Part shown: piece after piece, positions 9,524 through 19,230 of the stretch | Layout: each line of letters starts with the position of its first letter | Numbering within the stretch: the first letter of the stretch is position 1 | IMG/VR virus record: IMGVR_UViG_3300033076_000117 | Span: 204 to 64,203 of that record | Length of the DNA: 64,000 bases | DNA from: a virus | Lineage: Duplodnaviria > Caudoviricetes | Reading direction: 5' to 3' (one strand) | Made by a program: the position numbers and the translations under genes | The notes under the pieces: model-generated | Seen by the model: only the letters and a program-made list of their open reading frames with translations | Databases searched by the model: none | What the model was told of the DNA's origin: nothing

Positions 9524-9936
9524 TGACACAAAAAATCGATCTAAACAAATACCAAGACTTTGTACAAGCTGTAACCAGCGAAGCAAGTAATGATACTACG
9601 GCAATGATTCGCCGACTACAGGAACTTGACAATGAACCTAATCTGAATATCAGTCTATTGATGACTGCCGCAGTTGGGCTAGCAAGTGAGGGCGGCGAGT
9701 TTGACGAGATTGTGAAGAAGATGGTCTTCCAGGGCAAGCCCTTCAATGAAGAAAATCGCTTTCACATGAAGCGTGAACTCGGTGATATCATTTGGTACTG
9801 GATCAATGCTTGTAGGGCACTTGGCTATGACCCTAATGAAGTCATTGCTGAGAACGTAACTAAACTTGAAGCACGATATCCAGGAGGCAGTTTTGATGCG
9901 TTCTATTCGGAAAATCGTAAGGCTGGGGACCTCTAA
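9523..9936 (+). CDS. mazG: MazG-like nucleotide pyrophosphohydrolase
   Basis: GLASEGGEF...KRELGDIIWY acidic motif. Confidence 0.85.
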   Translation: MTQKIDLNKYQDFVQAVTSEASNDTTAMIRRLQELDNEPNLNISLLMTAAVGLASEGGEFDEIVKKMVFQGKPFNEENRFHMKRELGDIIWYWINACRALGYDPNEVIAENVTKLEARYPGGSFDAFYSENRKAGDL

Positions 9937-9940
9937 ACCT

Positions 9941-10165
9941 ATGCATCCCTGGGATGATACTCTGTGGTTGTTCACTCCCGAAGAGTACGAACAACTACCT
10001 GACGGGATTGAATTATACTCAATTATGTCGGGTGACAAACCTGTTGTCAAGGGCAAAGATAATATCGACATGGACACTAGATTCGGTCACATCGCCTATG
10101 GTGTTCATGACCCATGGAATCACCCATTGAAGGACTTGTTTCTGGTTTTCAAAATCAAGCAATGA
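9941..10165 (+). CDS. Hypothetical protein
   Basis: Likely start MHPWDD at 9941 just after the mazG stop; ATGA overlap with next gene. Confidence 0.5.
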   Translation: MHPWDDTLWLFTPEEYEQLPDGIELYSIMSGDKPVVKGKDNIDMDTRFGHIAYGVHDPWNHPLKDLFLVFKIKQ

Positions 10166-10404
10166 ATTTCAATCCTGCTCCCAAGAAGTACCCTACATGG
10201 GCTGACATTCCTAAATGGGAATTCATCGCCAGAAAGATAGAGTATAAGCCTTGGAAGAAATGGTTTGCATGGTATCCTGTCAAAATTCACAGTAAACGAA
10301 CGTGGTTAAAGACAGTATACCGTCGCAAAGTATATAGATATGTTGATACACATGATTGGTCTACTTACGAGTACGGCACAGTATTTGATATATTGAAAGA
10401 CTGA
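10162..10404 (+). CDS. Hypothetical protein (Trp/Lys-rich)
   Basis: Start MNFNP by ATGA coupling; WKKWFAWYPVK motif common in small phage proteins. Confidence 0.55.
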   Translation: MNFNPAPKKYPTWADIPKWEFIARKIEYKPWKKWFAWYPVKIHSKRTWLKTVYRRKVYRYVDTHDWSTYEYGTVFDILKD

Positions 10405-10434
10405 TTACCTGATAAATACTACATTATCAGGTAA
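10405..10434 (+). promoter_or_regulatory. Late promoter embedded in an RBS-sequestering hairpin
   Basis: TTACCTGATAA / TTATCAGGTAA perfect 11-bp inverted repeat; ATAAATA at 10412-10418; AGGT in the 3' arm; ATG at 10440. Confidence 0.7.
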
Positions 10435-10439
10435 CCTTT

Positions 10440-11237
10440 ATGACAATAAGCAACTTAGCAAGTCCTCTATCTACACCGTCAGGTTTGACACTTGACGAAA
10501 TGAAGCAAGCATTGTTTCAGAACATTCGTTATCGTTTGGGTGACGGTATCATTGACTTAGAAGTCGATGCAGAACACTTTGAAGCCGCATACAATTATGC
10601 TATCAAAGTTTACCGTCAACGTGCCCAAAACGCAACAAGCGAATCATATACCTTGATGACTGTTATCAAGGACGTTGACACATACACTTTACCTGCTGAG
10701 TTTATCAACGTTCGTAGTGTTTTTAGACGTACAGTTGGTCTAGAAACAGGTCCAAGCTCAACAAGTTTCGATCCGTTCTCAAGTGCGATTCTAAACACAT
10801 ATCTATTGAACTATAACTGGGCGGGTGGTATGGCAACATACGACTTCTACGCAGGCTATGTTGAACTAGCCGCACGTATGTTCGGTGGTTATGTCATTTA
10901 TACATTTGACCCTGTAACTAAGACACTAAGAATTGTTCGTGACCCTAAAGGTACAGGTGAACGTGTATTGATCTGGGCAGACGTTCAACGTCCTGAAACT
11001 GTATTATTACAAGATCCTGGTGCAGGTGTATGGATTGGTGATTACATATTGGCAAACTTAAAAGTTATCATTGGTGAAGCACGTGAAAAGTTCGGTACTA
11101 TTGCTGGTCCAGGTGGTGGTACAAGTCTAAACGGTACAGCAATGAAAGCTGAGGGCAAAGCCGCAATGGAACAATTGATTGACGAACTCAAGCGTTATGT
11201 TGATTATTCACAGCCACTAACTTGGGTACAAGGCTAA
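10440..11237 (+). CDS. Neck protein (T4 gp13-like head-tail adaptor)
   Basis: IRYRLG..I..LE and G.GG..LNG motifs; late promoter; structural context. Confidence 0.7.
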   Translation: MTISNLASPLSTPSGLTLDEMKQALFQNIRYRLGDGIIDLEVDAEHFEAAYNYAIKVYRQRAQNATSESYTLMTVIKDVDTYTLPAEFINVRSVFRRTVGLETGPSSTSFDPFSSAILNTYLLNYNWAGGMATYDFYAGYVELAARMFGGYVIYTFDPVTKTLRIVRDPKGTGERVLIWADVQRPETVLLQDPGAGVWIGDYILANLKVIIGEAREKFGTIAGPGGGTSLNGTAMKAEGKAAMEQLIDELKRYVDYSQPLTWVQG

Positions 11238-11259
11238 CCTAATAGCTTTTCTTTTTCAC

Positions 11260-11294
11260 ACTCCTGTCATATACTAAGTATCTCTGACAGGAGT
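11260..11294 (+). promoter_or_regulatory. Hairpin sequestering the SD of dNMP kinase, with promoter elements in the loop
   Basis: ACTCCTGTCA / TGACAGGAGT 10-bp inverted repeat; loop holds TATACT and CTAAGTA; AGGAG in the 3' arm. Confidence 0.6.
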
Positions 11295-11300
11295 TTCCAC

Positions 11301-11933
11301 ATGATTATAGGCGTAACCGGCTTTATTGGATCGGGCAAAGACACTGTTGCTGACTATCTTTGCACGTTTCATGGTTTTAAAAGAGTGAGTTTTGCGGCTT
11401 CATTGAAAGACGCAGTGAGTGCAGTTTTCGGTTGGGACCGAGAACTATTAGAAGGCTCTACAAAGACAAGTAGAGAATGGCGTGAGCAAAAAGATGAGTG
11501 GTGGAGTGAACGTTTAGGAATGAACATCACCCCAAGATGGGTTCTACAAGTTTGGGGCACAGAAGTTTGTCGTAATCACTTCCACAAAGATATCTGGGTT
11601 GCAAGCGTAGAAAACAAACTACGACAGACCAAAGATAACATTGTAATTACTGACTGTCGTTTCGCTAATGAAGTTACTGCATTGAAGAATGTAGGAGCAA
11701 TTACGATGCGAGTCAATCGTGGACCATTGCCTGAATGGCACGACGCCGCAGTTAGTTATAACAAAGGGGAGTGGGGCAATATGACATGGTCTATAAGCAA
11801 AGAACGTCTAATACGATTGGGTGTACATGCCAGCGAATACTCAAGTGTCGGCTTAGACTACGACCACTACATTGAGAATGACGGTACGATTGACGATTTG
11901 CACAAGAAGATTCATTCAATTATCAACTTGTAA
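11301..11933 (+). CDS. Deoxynucleoside monophosphate kinase (T4 gp1-like)
   Basis: IIGVTGFIGSGKDT P-loop, SFA..LKD, Q..GTE..R, ITDCRF.NE. Confidence 0.9.
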   Translation: MIIGVTGFIGSGKDTVADYLCTFHGFKRVSFAASLKDAVSAVFGWDRELLEGSTKTSREWREQKDEWWSERLGMNITPRWVLQVWGTEVCRNHFHKDIWVASVENKLRQTKDNIVITDCRFANEVTALKNVGAITMRVNRGPLPEWHDAAVSYNKGEWGNMTWSISKERLIRLGVHASEYSSVGLDYDHYIENDGTIDDLHKKIHSIINL

Positions 11934-12269
11934 GTCGCCACGCTTCCAGTTTACTTCTTTCTTTTTGACTACCTCAACACAGTTCAGGCATATGCTTCTG
12001 AGGTTTGCTGGGGTGCTATTCTCTAAGTTTCCGTCAACGTGAAACACTGTAATCTGACTAGTAAACAAACTTTTAAAGCCACATAAATCACATGTGGCTT
12101 TTTTCTTGTACCCGCTCTTAGACCAGTGACTCTTTCTAGGAGTCAGTTTTTTCTTTTTTCTACCACATTCGTCACAGCAACTACGATAGTGACGCACCCC
12201 TTCACGGATGTAATTCACTGCACTGTAATTCTTATTGCATAGAGGGCAGATAGGTCTGTTCACTGTCAT
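11916..12269 (-). CDS. Zinc-binding HNH endonuclease-like protein
   Basis: CPLC, CDEC, CDLC, HVDGN..N...NL...CLNC; start reassigned to MTVNRP, 4 nt below CTAAATA. Confidence 0.7.
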   Translation of the reverse strand: MTVNRPICPLCNKNYSAVNYIREGVRHYRSCCDECGRKKKKLTPRKSHWSKSGYKKKATCDLCGFKSLFTSQITVFHVDGNLENSTPANLRSICLNCVEVVKKKEVNWKRGDLQVDN

Positions 12270-12390
12270 CTTGTATTTAGCCAAAAACCTTCGAAGGTAC
12301 GCATAACCAGTCTTTTTCCGTTTATTCGATAAATACTTTTATGCATTTTAAGGTGGTAAACCTCATAATTTTACATAAAGGAAAAACAAA

Positions 12391-15300
12391 ATGGCATTAA
12401 CATCACCAGGCGTAGAAGTTACAATCATTGATGAAAGTCAGTATCTTCCAGCCCCAACAAACTCAGTTCCTCTAGTCGTATTAGCTACTGCTCAAAACAA
12501 AGCTAACGCTACTGGAACAGGCGTTGCCGCCGCTACAACGGCTGCAAACGCAGGTAAACTATATCAGGTAACAAGTCAGCGTGATTTGGTAAACTTGTAT
12601 GGTAAGCCGTTCTTCTATTCAACAACAAACGGTACACCTATTCAGGGCTATGAACTGAACGAGTATGGTCTATTGGCTGCTTACTCATTATTGGGTGTAA
12701 CAAATCGTTGTTATGTTCTACGTGCTGATATCGACTTAGCTAGCTTAGTCGGTCAAACTGGTCGTCCAGTTGGTGCACCAGCAGATGGTACTTATTGGTT
12801 GGATACAACTACAAGTACATGGGGTATCTATGAATTCAACAGTTCTACTGGTGACTTCACACAACAAACCCCTATCGTTATTACTGATACGTCTTTAATG
12901 GACAATGGTCTACCTGTACAAAGTATTGGTAGTATCGGTGATTATGCAGTGTATGCGTTGGATATAAACACTCCTCCATTCTCATCACCACGTACATACT
13001 ATCACAAGACTACAACTAATCAATGGACAATTTTAGGATCTTCAGCATGGAGAAGTCACGTTCCAACTATTATTGGAAGTAACTCCCCAACATCATTGAA
13101 CCAAGGTGATACACTAGATATCTCATTGTCAGGTGCTGATCCTTTCACAATTACTGTCCCACTATCACCTAACAACACCGTAACAGGTCTTGCTGATGCG
13201 ATTAATAATTTAGGTTTTGGTTCTATATTTGCCGCAAACGTTGATGGTAGACTTAATATCTACTCTAACCAATTTTGGGTAACAGGTTCTACTACTACAA
13301 ATATTACTATTACTAGTTCTACTGGTACTGTTGTAGAAGATTTGGGTATAACTCAGAATGTTCGTTACAATCAGCCCGTAATACAATATGGAACATATGC
13401 TCAAATGCCATATTGGACTGCATCACAAGCTAACCCTAGACCTACAGGTTCTGTTTGGTTAAAAGTTGGTTCATCTGGTGGTGGTTTGGCTCCAGTAGTA
13501 TCTAAGTATAGTGCGGCTACTGCTTCTTGGATTAAACAACCAGTAGGCTCATATCAATCTGATTGGGCGGCAACAGCACAACTTGACCCAACTGGTGGAC
13601 AAGCTGTTCCTGCTGGAACTATTTACGGTCAATATACATTCAATGGAAGCACAGCTAATAGTCCATATTACCTATGGAAGAGAAGTGCAACTGGTCCTAC
13701 AGTCGTTACGGGTACAGCAACATTCGAAAGTGCAACTGCTCCTGTGTTCAACTCAGGTCCATATAACATGACCATAAATGTTAGCTTGCCAGGTAGTCCT
13801 CATGTATCTTCTCCATATTATTTTATAATTGATGATGGAGCAAGTGTTACTGATTTCATAACTGCGCTATATGGTTCAGGTGTTCCATATGTTAATGCAT
13901 CCGCTGTTGCAGGAACTAATGCTATTCAGCTTACTCACACTGAAGGTGGAGAGATTCTACTAACAGATATCGACCCAAACACTGGTATAAGTTCAGGCTT
14001 GTTAGCAGAAATTGGCATTGTACCTACTGAAACTACAGGTGTAAAGTATGGTCCCGTAGTCAGTACATCATTCTATGATGTACCAGTTTCTTCTACTACA
14101 TCTGCGAGTGGTGCTAACGCAACATTCAATGTTTCAACTCCTGGATACTACAACTTGTTATTGATAAGTGATGGTGGTTCTTTCTATGAAGTTGGTGATC
14201 AAGTTACTCTTTCAGGTGCTGATATGGGTGGACAAGGTCAAGACCTAGTATTAGGTGTAACTAGTGTTGACGGTGGTGGTGCTATTACAGGTGCAACATG
14301 GGTGTCAGGTACAGTAAATACAGCGTACATGGCACAATTAAGTAATTGGCAAGATTTTTCATATACTGCAAATGAAGGAGCTCCTGCTGTTGCACCAGCA
14401 AATAACACAAATTGGTTCTACTCAGTCGTTGATGAAGTAGATATCATGGTTCAAAAGGGTGGTGCATGGATTGGATATCAAAACACTGCGTATGACTCTA
14501 CTGGTCACCCAGCATTTACTGGTGTTAATAATACTGATCCAAATGGTCCAATCATTTCTGCAAGTAAGCCTACTACACAATCTGATGGTACTCCATTAGA
14601 ATATGGTGATTTGTGGATCGATACAAGCGACCTTGAAATGTATCCAGTAATCAGTCGTTGGCAATCAGTTTCTAACGTAGATCAGTGGGTTCTAATCGAT
14701 AACACAGATCAAACATCTACTAATGGTGTTACATTCTTAGATGCACGTTGGGCAACAAATGGCACAACAAGTCCAATTGATGATCCAATACCAACAATTC
14801 AATCATTGTTGACAAGTAATTATCTAGACCTAGATGCACCAAGCCCAAGTCTATATCCACAAGGTATGTTGTTGTTTAACACACGCCGTAGCGGTTACAA
14901 TGTGAAGCAATTCCGTACAAACTATTTCAACAATACTAGTTTCCCTGGTCAATCATTACCAGAGCAAACAAGTGCATGGGTTTCTGTAAGTGGCAATCAA
15001 ACAAATGGTGCACCTTACATGGGTCGTAAGGCACAACGTGCTATGGTTGTTGAATCTCTACGTTCTGTAATTGACACTAACTTGTCAATTCGTGATGAAG
15101 ATAACTACTTCAACTTGATTGCTACACCTAACTATCCTGAATTACAACCTAACATGGTTGTATTGAATGCAGATCGTGGTGAAACAGCGTTTATTATTGG
15201 TGATACACCATTAGGTCTACCTGATAGTGCTACTGATATTCAAGCATGGGCTAACAACGATGCAGGTGCATCAAGCACAGGTGAAGAAGGTCTAGTTACA

Positions 15301-15969
15301 CGTAATACATACTTGGGTCTATTCTATCCAAGTGGTATCGCTAACGACTTAGACGGTAATGAAGTTGTCGTTCCAGCATCACATATGATGCTACGCACAT
15401 TCTTACGTAATGACACAATCGCTTATCCTTGGTTAGCGGCTGCAGGTACACGCCGTGGTAACATTGACAATGCATTGAACATTGGTTATTTGGATCGCAC
15501 AACTGGCGAGTTCCAAGCAATCAAGACACGTATTGGTATCCGCGATGTATTGTATATCAATCAAATCAACCCATTGGTATTCTTCACTGGTGTTGGCTTA
15601 TTGAACTACGGCAACAAGACAAGTTACAACTCTAGCTCTGCATTAGACAGAACTAACGTTGCTCGTCTAGTCAACTATGTCCGTCGTCAATTGACATTGG
15701 CTGCTCGTCCGTTCGTATTCGAACCTAACGATGCATTGACTCGTAATCAAATCGCTGGTGTTGTTCAAACATTGATGGTTGACTTGGTAGCGAAACGCGG
15801 TATTTACGACTACTTGGTAGTTTGTGATGAAAGCAATAACACTCCTGCTCGTATCGACAGAAACGAACTATGGGTTAACGTTGCTATCGAGCCTGTCAAG
15901 GCTGCTGAATTCATCTACATACCGGTTCGTGTTCTAAACACAGGTGAAATCGCAACTCTAAGCAAGTAA
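12391..15969 (+). CDS. gp18: Contractile tail sheath protein
   Basis: LTSPGVEVTIIDES N-terminus; C-terminal VPASHMM, INP, SALDR.NV.RL, FVFEPND..TR, VCDESNNT, IEPVKAAEFIYI. Confidence 0.95.
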   Translation: MALTSPGVEVTIIDESQYLPAPTNSVPLVVLATAQNKANATGTGVAAATTAANAGKLYQVTSQRDLVNLYGKPFFYSTTNGTPIQGYELNEYGLLAAYSLLGVTNRCYVLRADIDLASLVGQTGRPVGAPADGTYWLDTTTSTWGIYEFNSSTGDFTQQTPIVITDTSLMDNGLPVQSIGSIGDYAVYALDINTPPFSSPRTYYHKTTTNQWTILGSSAWRSHVPTIIGSNSPTSLNQGDTLDISLSGADPFTITVPLSPNNTVTGLADAINNLGFGSIFAANVDGRLNIYSNQFWVTGSTTTNITITSSTGTVVEDLGITQNVRYNQPVIQYGTYAQMPYWTASQANPRPTGSVWLKVGSSGGGLAPVVSKYSAATASWIKQPVGSYQSDWAATAQLDPTGGQAVPAGTIYGQYTFNGSTANSPYYLWKRSATGPTVVTGTATFESATAPVFNSGPYNMTINVSLPGSPHVSSPYYFIIDDGASVTDFITALYGSGVPYVNASAVAGTNAIQLTHTEGGEILLTDIDPNTGISSGLLAEIGIVPTETTGVKYGPVVSTSFYDVPVSSTTSASGANATFNVSTPGYYNLLLISDGGSFYEVGDQVTLSGADMGGQGQDLVLGVTSVDGGGAITGATWVSGTVNTAYMAQLSNWQDFSYTANEGAPAVAPANNTNWFYSVVDEVDIMVQKGGAWIGYQNTAYDSTGHPAFTGVNNTDPNGPIISASKPTTQSDGTPLEYGDLWIDTSDLEMYPVISRWQSVSNVDQWVLIDNTDQTSTNGVTFLDARWATNGTTSPIDDPIPTIQSLLTSNYLDLDAPSPSLYPQGMLLFNTRRSGYNVKQFRTNYFNNTSFPGQSLPEQTSAWVSVSGNQTNGAPYMGRKAQRAMVVESLRSVIDTNLSIRDEDNYFNLIATPNYPELQPNMVVLNADRGETAFIIGDTPLGLPDSATDIQAWANNDAGASSTGEEGLVTRNTYLGLFYPSGIANDLDGNEVVVPASHMMLRTFLRNDTIAYPWLAAAGTRRGNIDNALNIGYLDRTTGEFQAIKTRIGIRDVLYINQINPLVFFTGVGLLNYGNKTSYNSSSALDRTNVARLVNYVRRQLTLAARPFVFEPNDALTRNQIAGVVQTLMVDLVAKRGIYDYLVVCDESNNTPARIDRNELWVNVAIEPVKAAEFIYIPVRVLNTGEIATLSK

Positions 15970-15973
15970 GAAA

Positions 15974-15996
15974 ATGGCCCCGAAAGGGGCCATCTT
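15974..15996 (+). terminator. GC hairpin (terminator or processing site) between sheath and tube genes
   Basis: ATGGCCCC-GAAA-GGGGCCAT; weak U tract. Confidence 0.55.
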
Positions 15997-16031
15997 AGAT
16001 AAAGATAAATAAGTATACAGGAGATTAAAAA

Positions 16032-16667
16032 ATGGCAACAGCCTCTCAATCATTGTTCAACATGACCGTCGCTAGCGATAACGCTGGTGGTAACCAAGGT
16101 CTGTTGATGCCCAAATTACAATACCGTTTCAGAGTTAACTTCTTGAATTTCGGTGTTGGTCAGACTATTGAATTAACTAAGCAAGTTGTTGATATCACAC
16201 GTCCACAAGTTAGCTTCGGTGAAATTTCTATTCCAATCTACAACTCAACACTATACCTAGCAGGTCGCCATGAGTGGCAAGCGTTGACAGTAAACATCCG
16301 TGATGACGCACAGGGTCAAGTTTCTAAACTAGTTGGTCAACAACTACAGAAGCAATTAGACTTTGTTGAGCAAGCATCTGCGGCTACTGGTCAAGATTAC
16401 AAGTTCCAAACAAACATCGAAATCTTAGACGGTGGTAACGGTACAGCGGCTCCTCAAGTATTAGAAACTTGGGAAGTTTATGGTTGCTTCTTGCAACAAG
16501 CAAACTACAATAACTTAGCATATAGTGCAAACGAACCAGTTACGATTGCGTTGACAATCCGCTTCGATAACGCTGTTCAAAGCCCTCTATCTTCTGGTGT
16601 TGGTACAAACATCGGTCGTGTACTAGGTGGCTCTACAGTTACTGGTATCGGTTCTACTGCTGGTTAA
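16032..16667 (+). CDS. gp19: Tail tube protein
   Basis: Follows the sheath; YRFRV, RPQVSF, GRHEW..LT..IRDD, ETWE..GCF, LTIRFDNA. Confidence 0.85.
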   Translation: MATASQSLFNMTVASDNAGGNQGLLMPKLQYRFRVNFLNFGVGQTIELTKQVVDITRPQVSFGEISIPIYNSTLYLAGRHEWQALTVNIRDDAQGQVSKLVGQQLQKQLDFVEQASAATGQDYKFQTNIEILDGGNGTAAPQVLETWEVYGCFLQQANYNNLAYSANEPVTIALTIRFDNAVQSPLSSGVGTNIGRVLGGSTVTGIGSTAG

Positions 16668-16680
16668 TTGAGGAAATAGC

Positions 16681-17892
16681 GTGGCTGGATTTTTTCAGAA
16701 TTTACTTACCGACACCGTAAAAGGTTTCTTTGGTAATGAGTATGTAAGAGATTACACTCACGCATCAAAAACGTTTAGGACTAATGCGTATCAGTACAGT
16801 CCTAAACTAAAGTTTCTTTTCCATGTGTACTTTGAAATCAACCCCGCAGCCTATGCTGTGGGTTTGAGCAATAACGTTAACTTTGGACTTGCTGTAAAAA
16901 CAGTTCAACTTCCAAAATACACATTTGATACGCATGTCATGAATCAGTACAATCGTAAACGCATTGTACAAACAAAACTAAAATACGATCCAATCACAAT
17001 TACATTCCACGATGATAACGGTGGGGCAACAGGTAGCCCTACAGCAGGTGGTATTATTCGTAATATGTGGTACAACTATTACACTTATTATTACAAAGAT
17101 GCTACTAAGCCAGTTATCTCCCCTGTAAACAATCAGACAAATAATGGCAAAGGTAATACAGGCGGTGCATCATATAACACACGAAACATCTATGCAAAAG
17201 ATTTGACAGGTGACGTTGATTGGGGATACATTGGTGAAAGTTCTCAACAATCAGGAACTACTAGCCAAGCAAGCCAAGGCATCTCAAAGATTCCTTTCTT
17301 CAAGAACATTCAAATTTATGGTATGAACGAACACAACTTTGTTCAATACACACTTGTAAATCCAATTATTACTAGCTTTGAGCATGACACATACTCTTAT
17401 GCTGAAGGTAGTGGTACGATGGAAAACAGAATGACTATTGATTATGAAACAGTAGTCTATGCTGAAGGTGCTGGTCCAGCACAAAAAGTTCCAGGATTCG
17501 GAAATACTGCAAACTACGATACAACACAAAGTCCTATTGCACGTCCTGGCTCAAATAAAACTATTCTTGGTCAAGGTGGTCTTATCGATGCGGCAACAGG
17601 TGCATTGAACGACTTACCTAATAATCCTCTAGGTGCATTACGTACATTAGGTACTGCATACAATACTTTCAAGAACACTAATTTGAAACAACTTGCTGTG
17701 GGTGAAATAAAAGGTGCTGTAGCAGGTGCAGTAGCGCAACAGTTACCTGGTTCTGTTAGAAGTACATCATACTATCCTGGTTATAATCAATCACCGGCAG
17801 CAACAACTGCAGGTAATGCAGGAACTGGTATGGCTCAAGCCCCAGCTGTCAATAATCCAGGTGGGCCAACAACTGCAGGCAAACAAAACTAA
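16681..17892 (+). CDS. Tube-like baseplate/tail-tube initiator protein
   Basis: Tube-fold motifs (VKTVQLPKY.FDT, YDPITITFHDD, LVNPIITSF.HD, MTIDYE); GTG start. Confidence 0.55.
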   Translation: MAGFFQNLLTDTVKGFFGNEYVRDYTHASKTFRTNAYQYSPKLKFLFHVYFEINPAAYAVGLSNNVNFGLAVKTVQLPKYTFDTHVMNQYNRKRIVQTKLKYDPITITFHDDNGGATGSPTAGGIIRNMWYNYYTYYYKDATKPVISPVNNQTNNGKGNTGGASYNTRNIYAKDLTGDVDWGYIGESSQQSGTTSQASQGISKIPFFKNIQIYGMNEHNFVQYTLVNPIITSFEHDTYSYAEGSGTMENRMTIDYETVVYAEGAGPAQKVPGFGNTANYDTTQSPIARPGSNKTILGQGGLIDAATGALNDLPNNPLGALRTLGTAYNTFKNTNLKQLAVGEIKGAVAGAVAQQLPGSVRSTSYYPGYNQSPAATTAGNAGTGMAQAPAVNNPGGPTTAGKQN

Positions 17893-17918
17893 CGTATAAA
17901 TACTTTACGGAGATTTAT

Positions 17919-18278
17919 ATGGCAAAAATTGTTGACTCACGTTCGTCACTAGATAGAACGATACGAATATTTGATGAATTTTACGGATTTGATTTAGTCA
18001 TTAATGGCAATGATTATGATGTTGTTCGCTCATATTTTGTAGGTGTTTGTGCATCAAAGCAAGTAGCAGAAAATTTTACTGTTTATTTGTTTAGGATAGC
18101 ACAGGAAACACAAATACCAGTAATTGATTTGCTTGAAAACCTAAGAGGTAAAACAAAACTAGAAGTAGATACTACATTAGCTTATTATCTAAATAGCTTC
18201 AAGTCAAAGACTTCACTTTATGGTCTTGGTGCAATACCAAAGCCAAACAATCCCGTAGCTAGAAACATAGTAGTATAA
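17919..18278 (+). CDS. Hypothetical structural-region protein
   Basis: ORF preceded by TATAAATA (17895-17902) and GGAG. Confidence 0.6.
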   Translation: MAKIVDSRSSLDRTIRIFDEFYGFDLVINGNDYDVVRSYFVGVCASKQVAENFTVYLFRIAQETQIPVIDLLENLRGKTKLEVDTTLAYYLNSFKSKTSLYGLGAIPKPNNPVARNIVV

Positions 18279-18279
18279 T

Positions 18280-18711
18280 ATGGCTAAGTGGGCACAGGGC
18301 ACATACGTTCCAAAGAATCCTCAAAAGTATGTAGGTAAACATACTCCCAGATACCGAAGTGGTTGGGAACTAACGTTTATGACGTTCTGTGATAACAATA
18401 ATCATGTATTGTATTGGGCAAGTGAAGCAATTGCTATCCCCTATCGTCATCCACTAACGGGAAAGCCTACTAATTACATTCCTGACTTCTTTGTAGTCTA
18501 TCAAAACAAACGAGGTCAAAAGATTGCTGAAATGGTCGAAATCAAACCCAAGAAGCAAAGTATTGTTGAAAGCAAAGCAAGTGCAAAAGACAAGTTAGTA
18601 GTGGCTGTGAATCACGCAAAGTGGCAAGCCGCATCTGCTTACTGTAAACAACAAGGTTATACGTTCAGAGTAATTACGGAAGATGATTTGTTTTATAATG
18701 GGCGTAAGTAA
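18280..18711 (+). CDS. Head completion nuclease (T4 gp4 / TnsA-like PD-(D/E)xK)
   Basis: P.NP.KY.G, YRS.WE, WASE...IPY, Y.PDF, EIKP, N.AKW.AA. Confidence 0.85.
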   Translation: MAKWAQGTYVPKNPQKYVGKHTPRYRSGWELTFMTFCDNNNHVLYWASEAIAIPYRHPLTGKPTNYIPDFFVVYQNKRGQKIAEMVEIKPKKQSIVESKASAKDKLVVAVNHAKWQAASAYCKQQGYTFRVITEDDLFYNGRK

Positions 18712-18722
18712 ATAAATATCTT

Positions 18723-19205
18723 ATGACCAAAAAATTAGAGCAACTCTTTGAACTTCCACCAGACGAGATCGCTGATCTCGCTAAACCCATTCCACATAAT
18801 GCTGAGTTAGTAACTAAAGAAGCACTCAATAACCTAGAGAAAATCGAAGAGGCACTGCCTGCAGTTCGTGGGTTGGAAATGGCTGATGGTGAGATGGATG
18901 AGTTAGCAAGCCTAGCAACATCAAGCTATAAAGACTTGATGGATTTGGGTATGCAAGTCGATAGTAGATTCAGTGCTGAAATCTTCAATAGTGCTAGTTC
19001 TATGCTAGGACATGCTATTAATGCTAAAACAGCAAAGCTCAATAAAAAGCTGAAAATGATTGAATTACAGCTAAAGAAAGCGTCTTTAGACATGAAACAA
19101 GAGTCTAAATCAGAGCAAATTGAAGCAACTCCATTAGGTGAAGGTCGTGCTTTAGACCGCAATGAACTACTCAAGATGTTGGCAAGTAAAAAAGACCAAG
19201 AATGA
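18723..19205 (+). CDS. Helical hypothetical protein (possible terminase small subunit-like)
   Basis: Leaderless late gene; all-alpha with coiled coil; function is a guess. Confidence 0.4.
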   Translation: MTKKLEQLFELPPDEIADLAKPIPHNAELVTKEALNNLEKIEEALPAVRGLEMADGEMDELASLATSSYKDLMDLGMQVDSRFSAEIFNSASSMLGHAINAKTAKLNKKLKMIELQLKKASLDMKQESKSEQIEATPLGEGRALDRNELLKMLASKKDQE

Positions 19206-19230
19206 TAAATACAGAATACAGGAATAAAAC

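Noticed and set aside
17895-17919. Fourth promoter-in-hairpin candidate (TATAAAT/ATTTATA around GGAG)
   Set aside because: Stem is all A-T and interrupted, likely by chance in AT-rich DNA; the upstream gene is also late.
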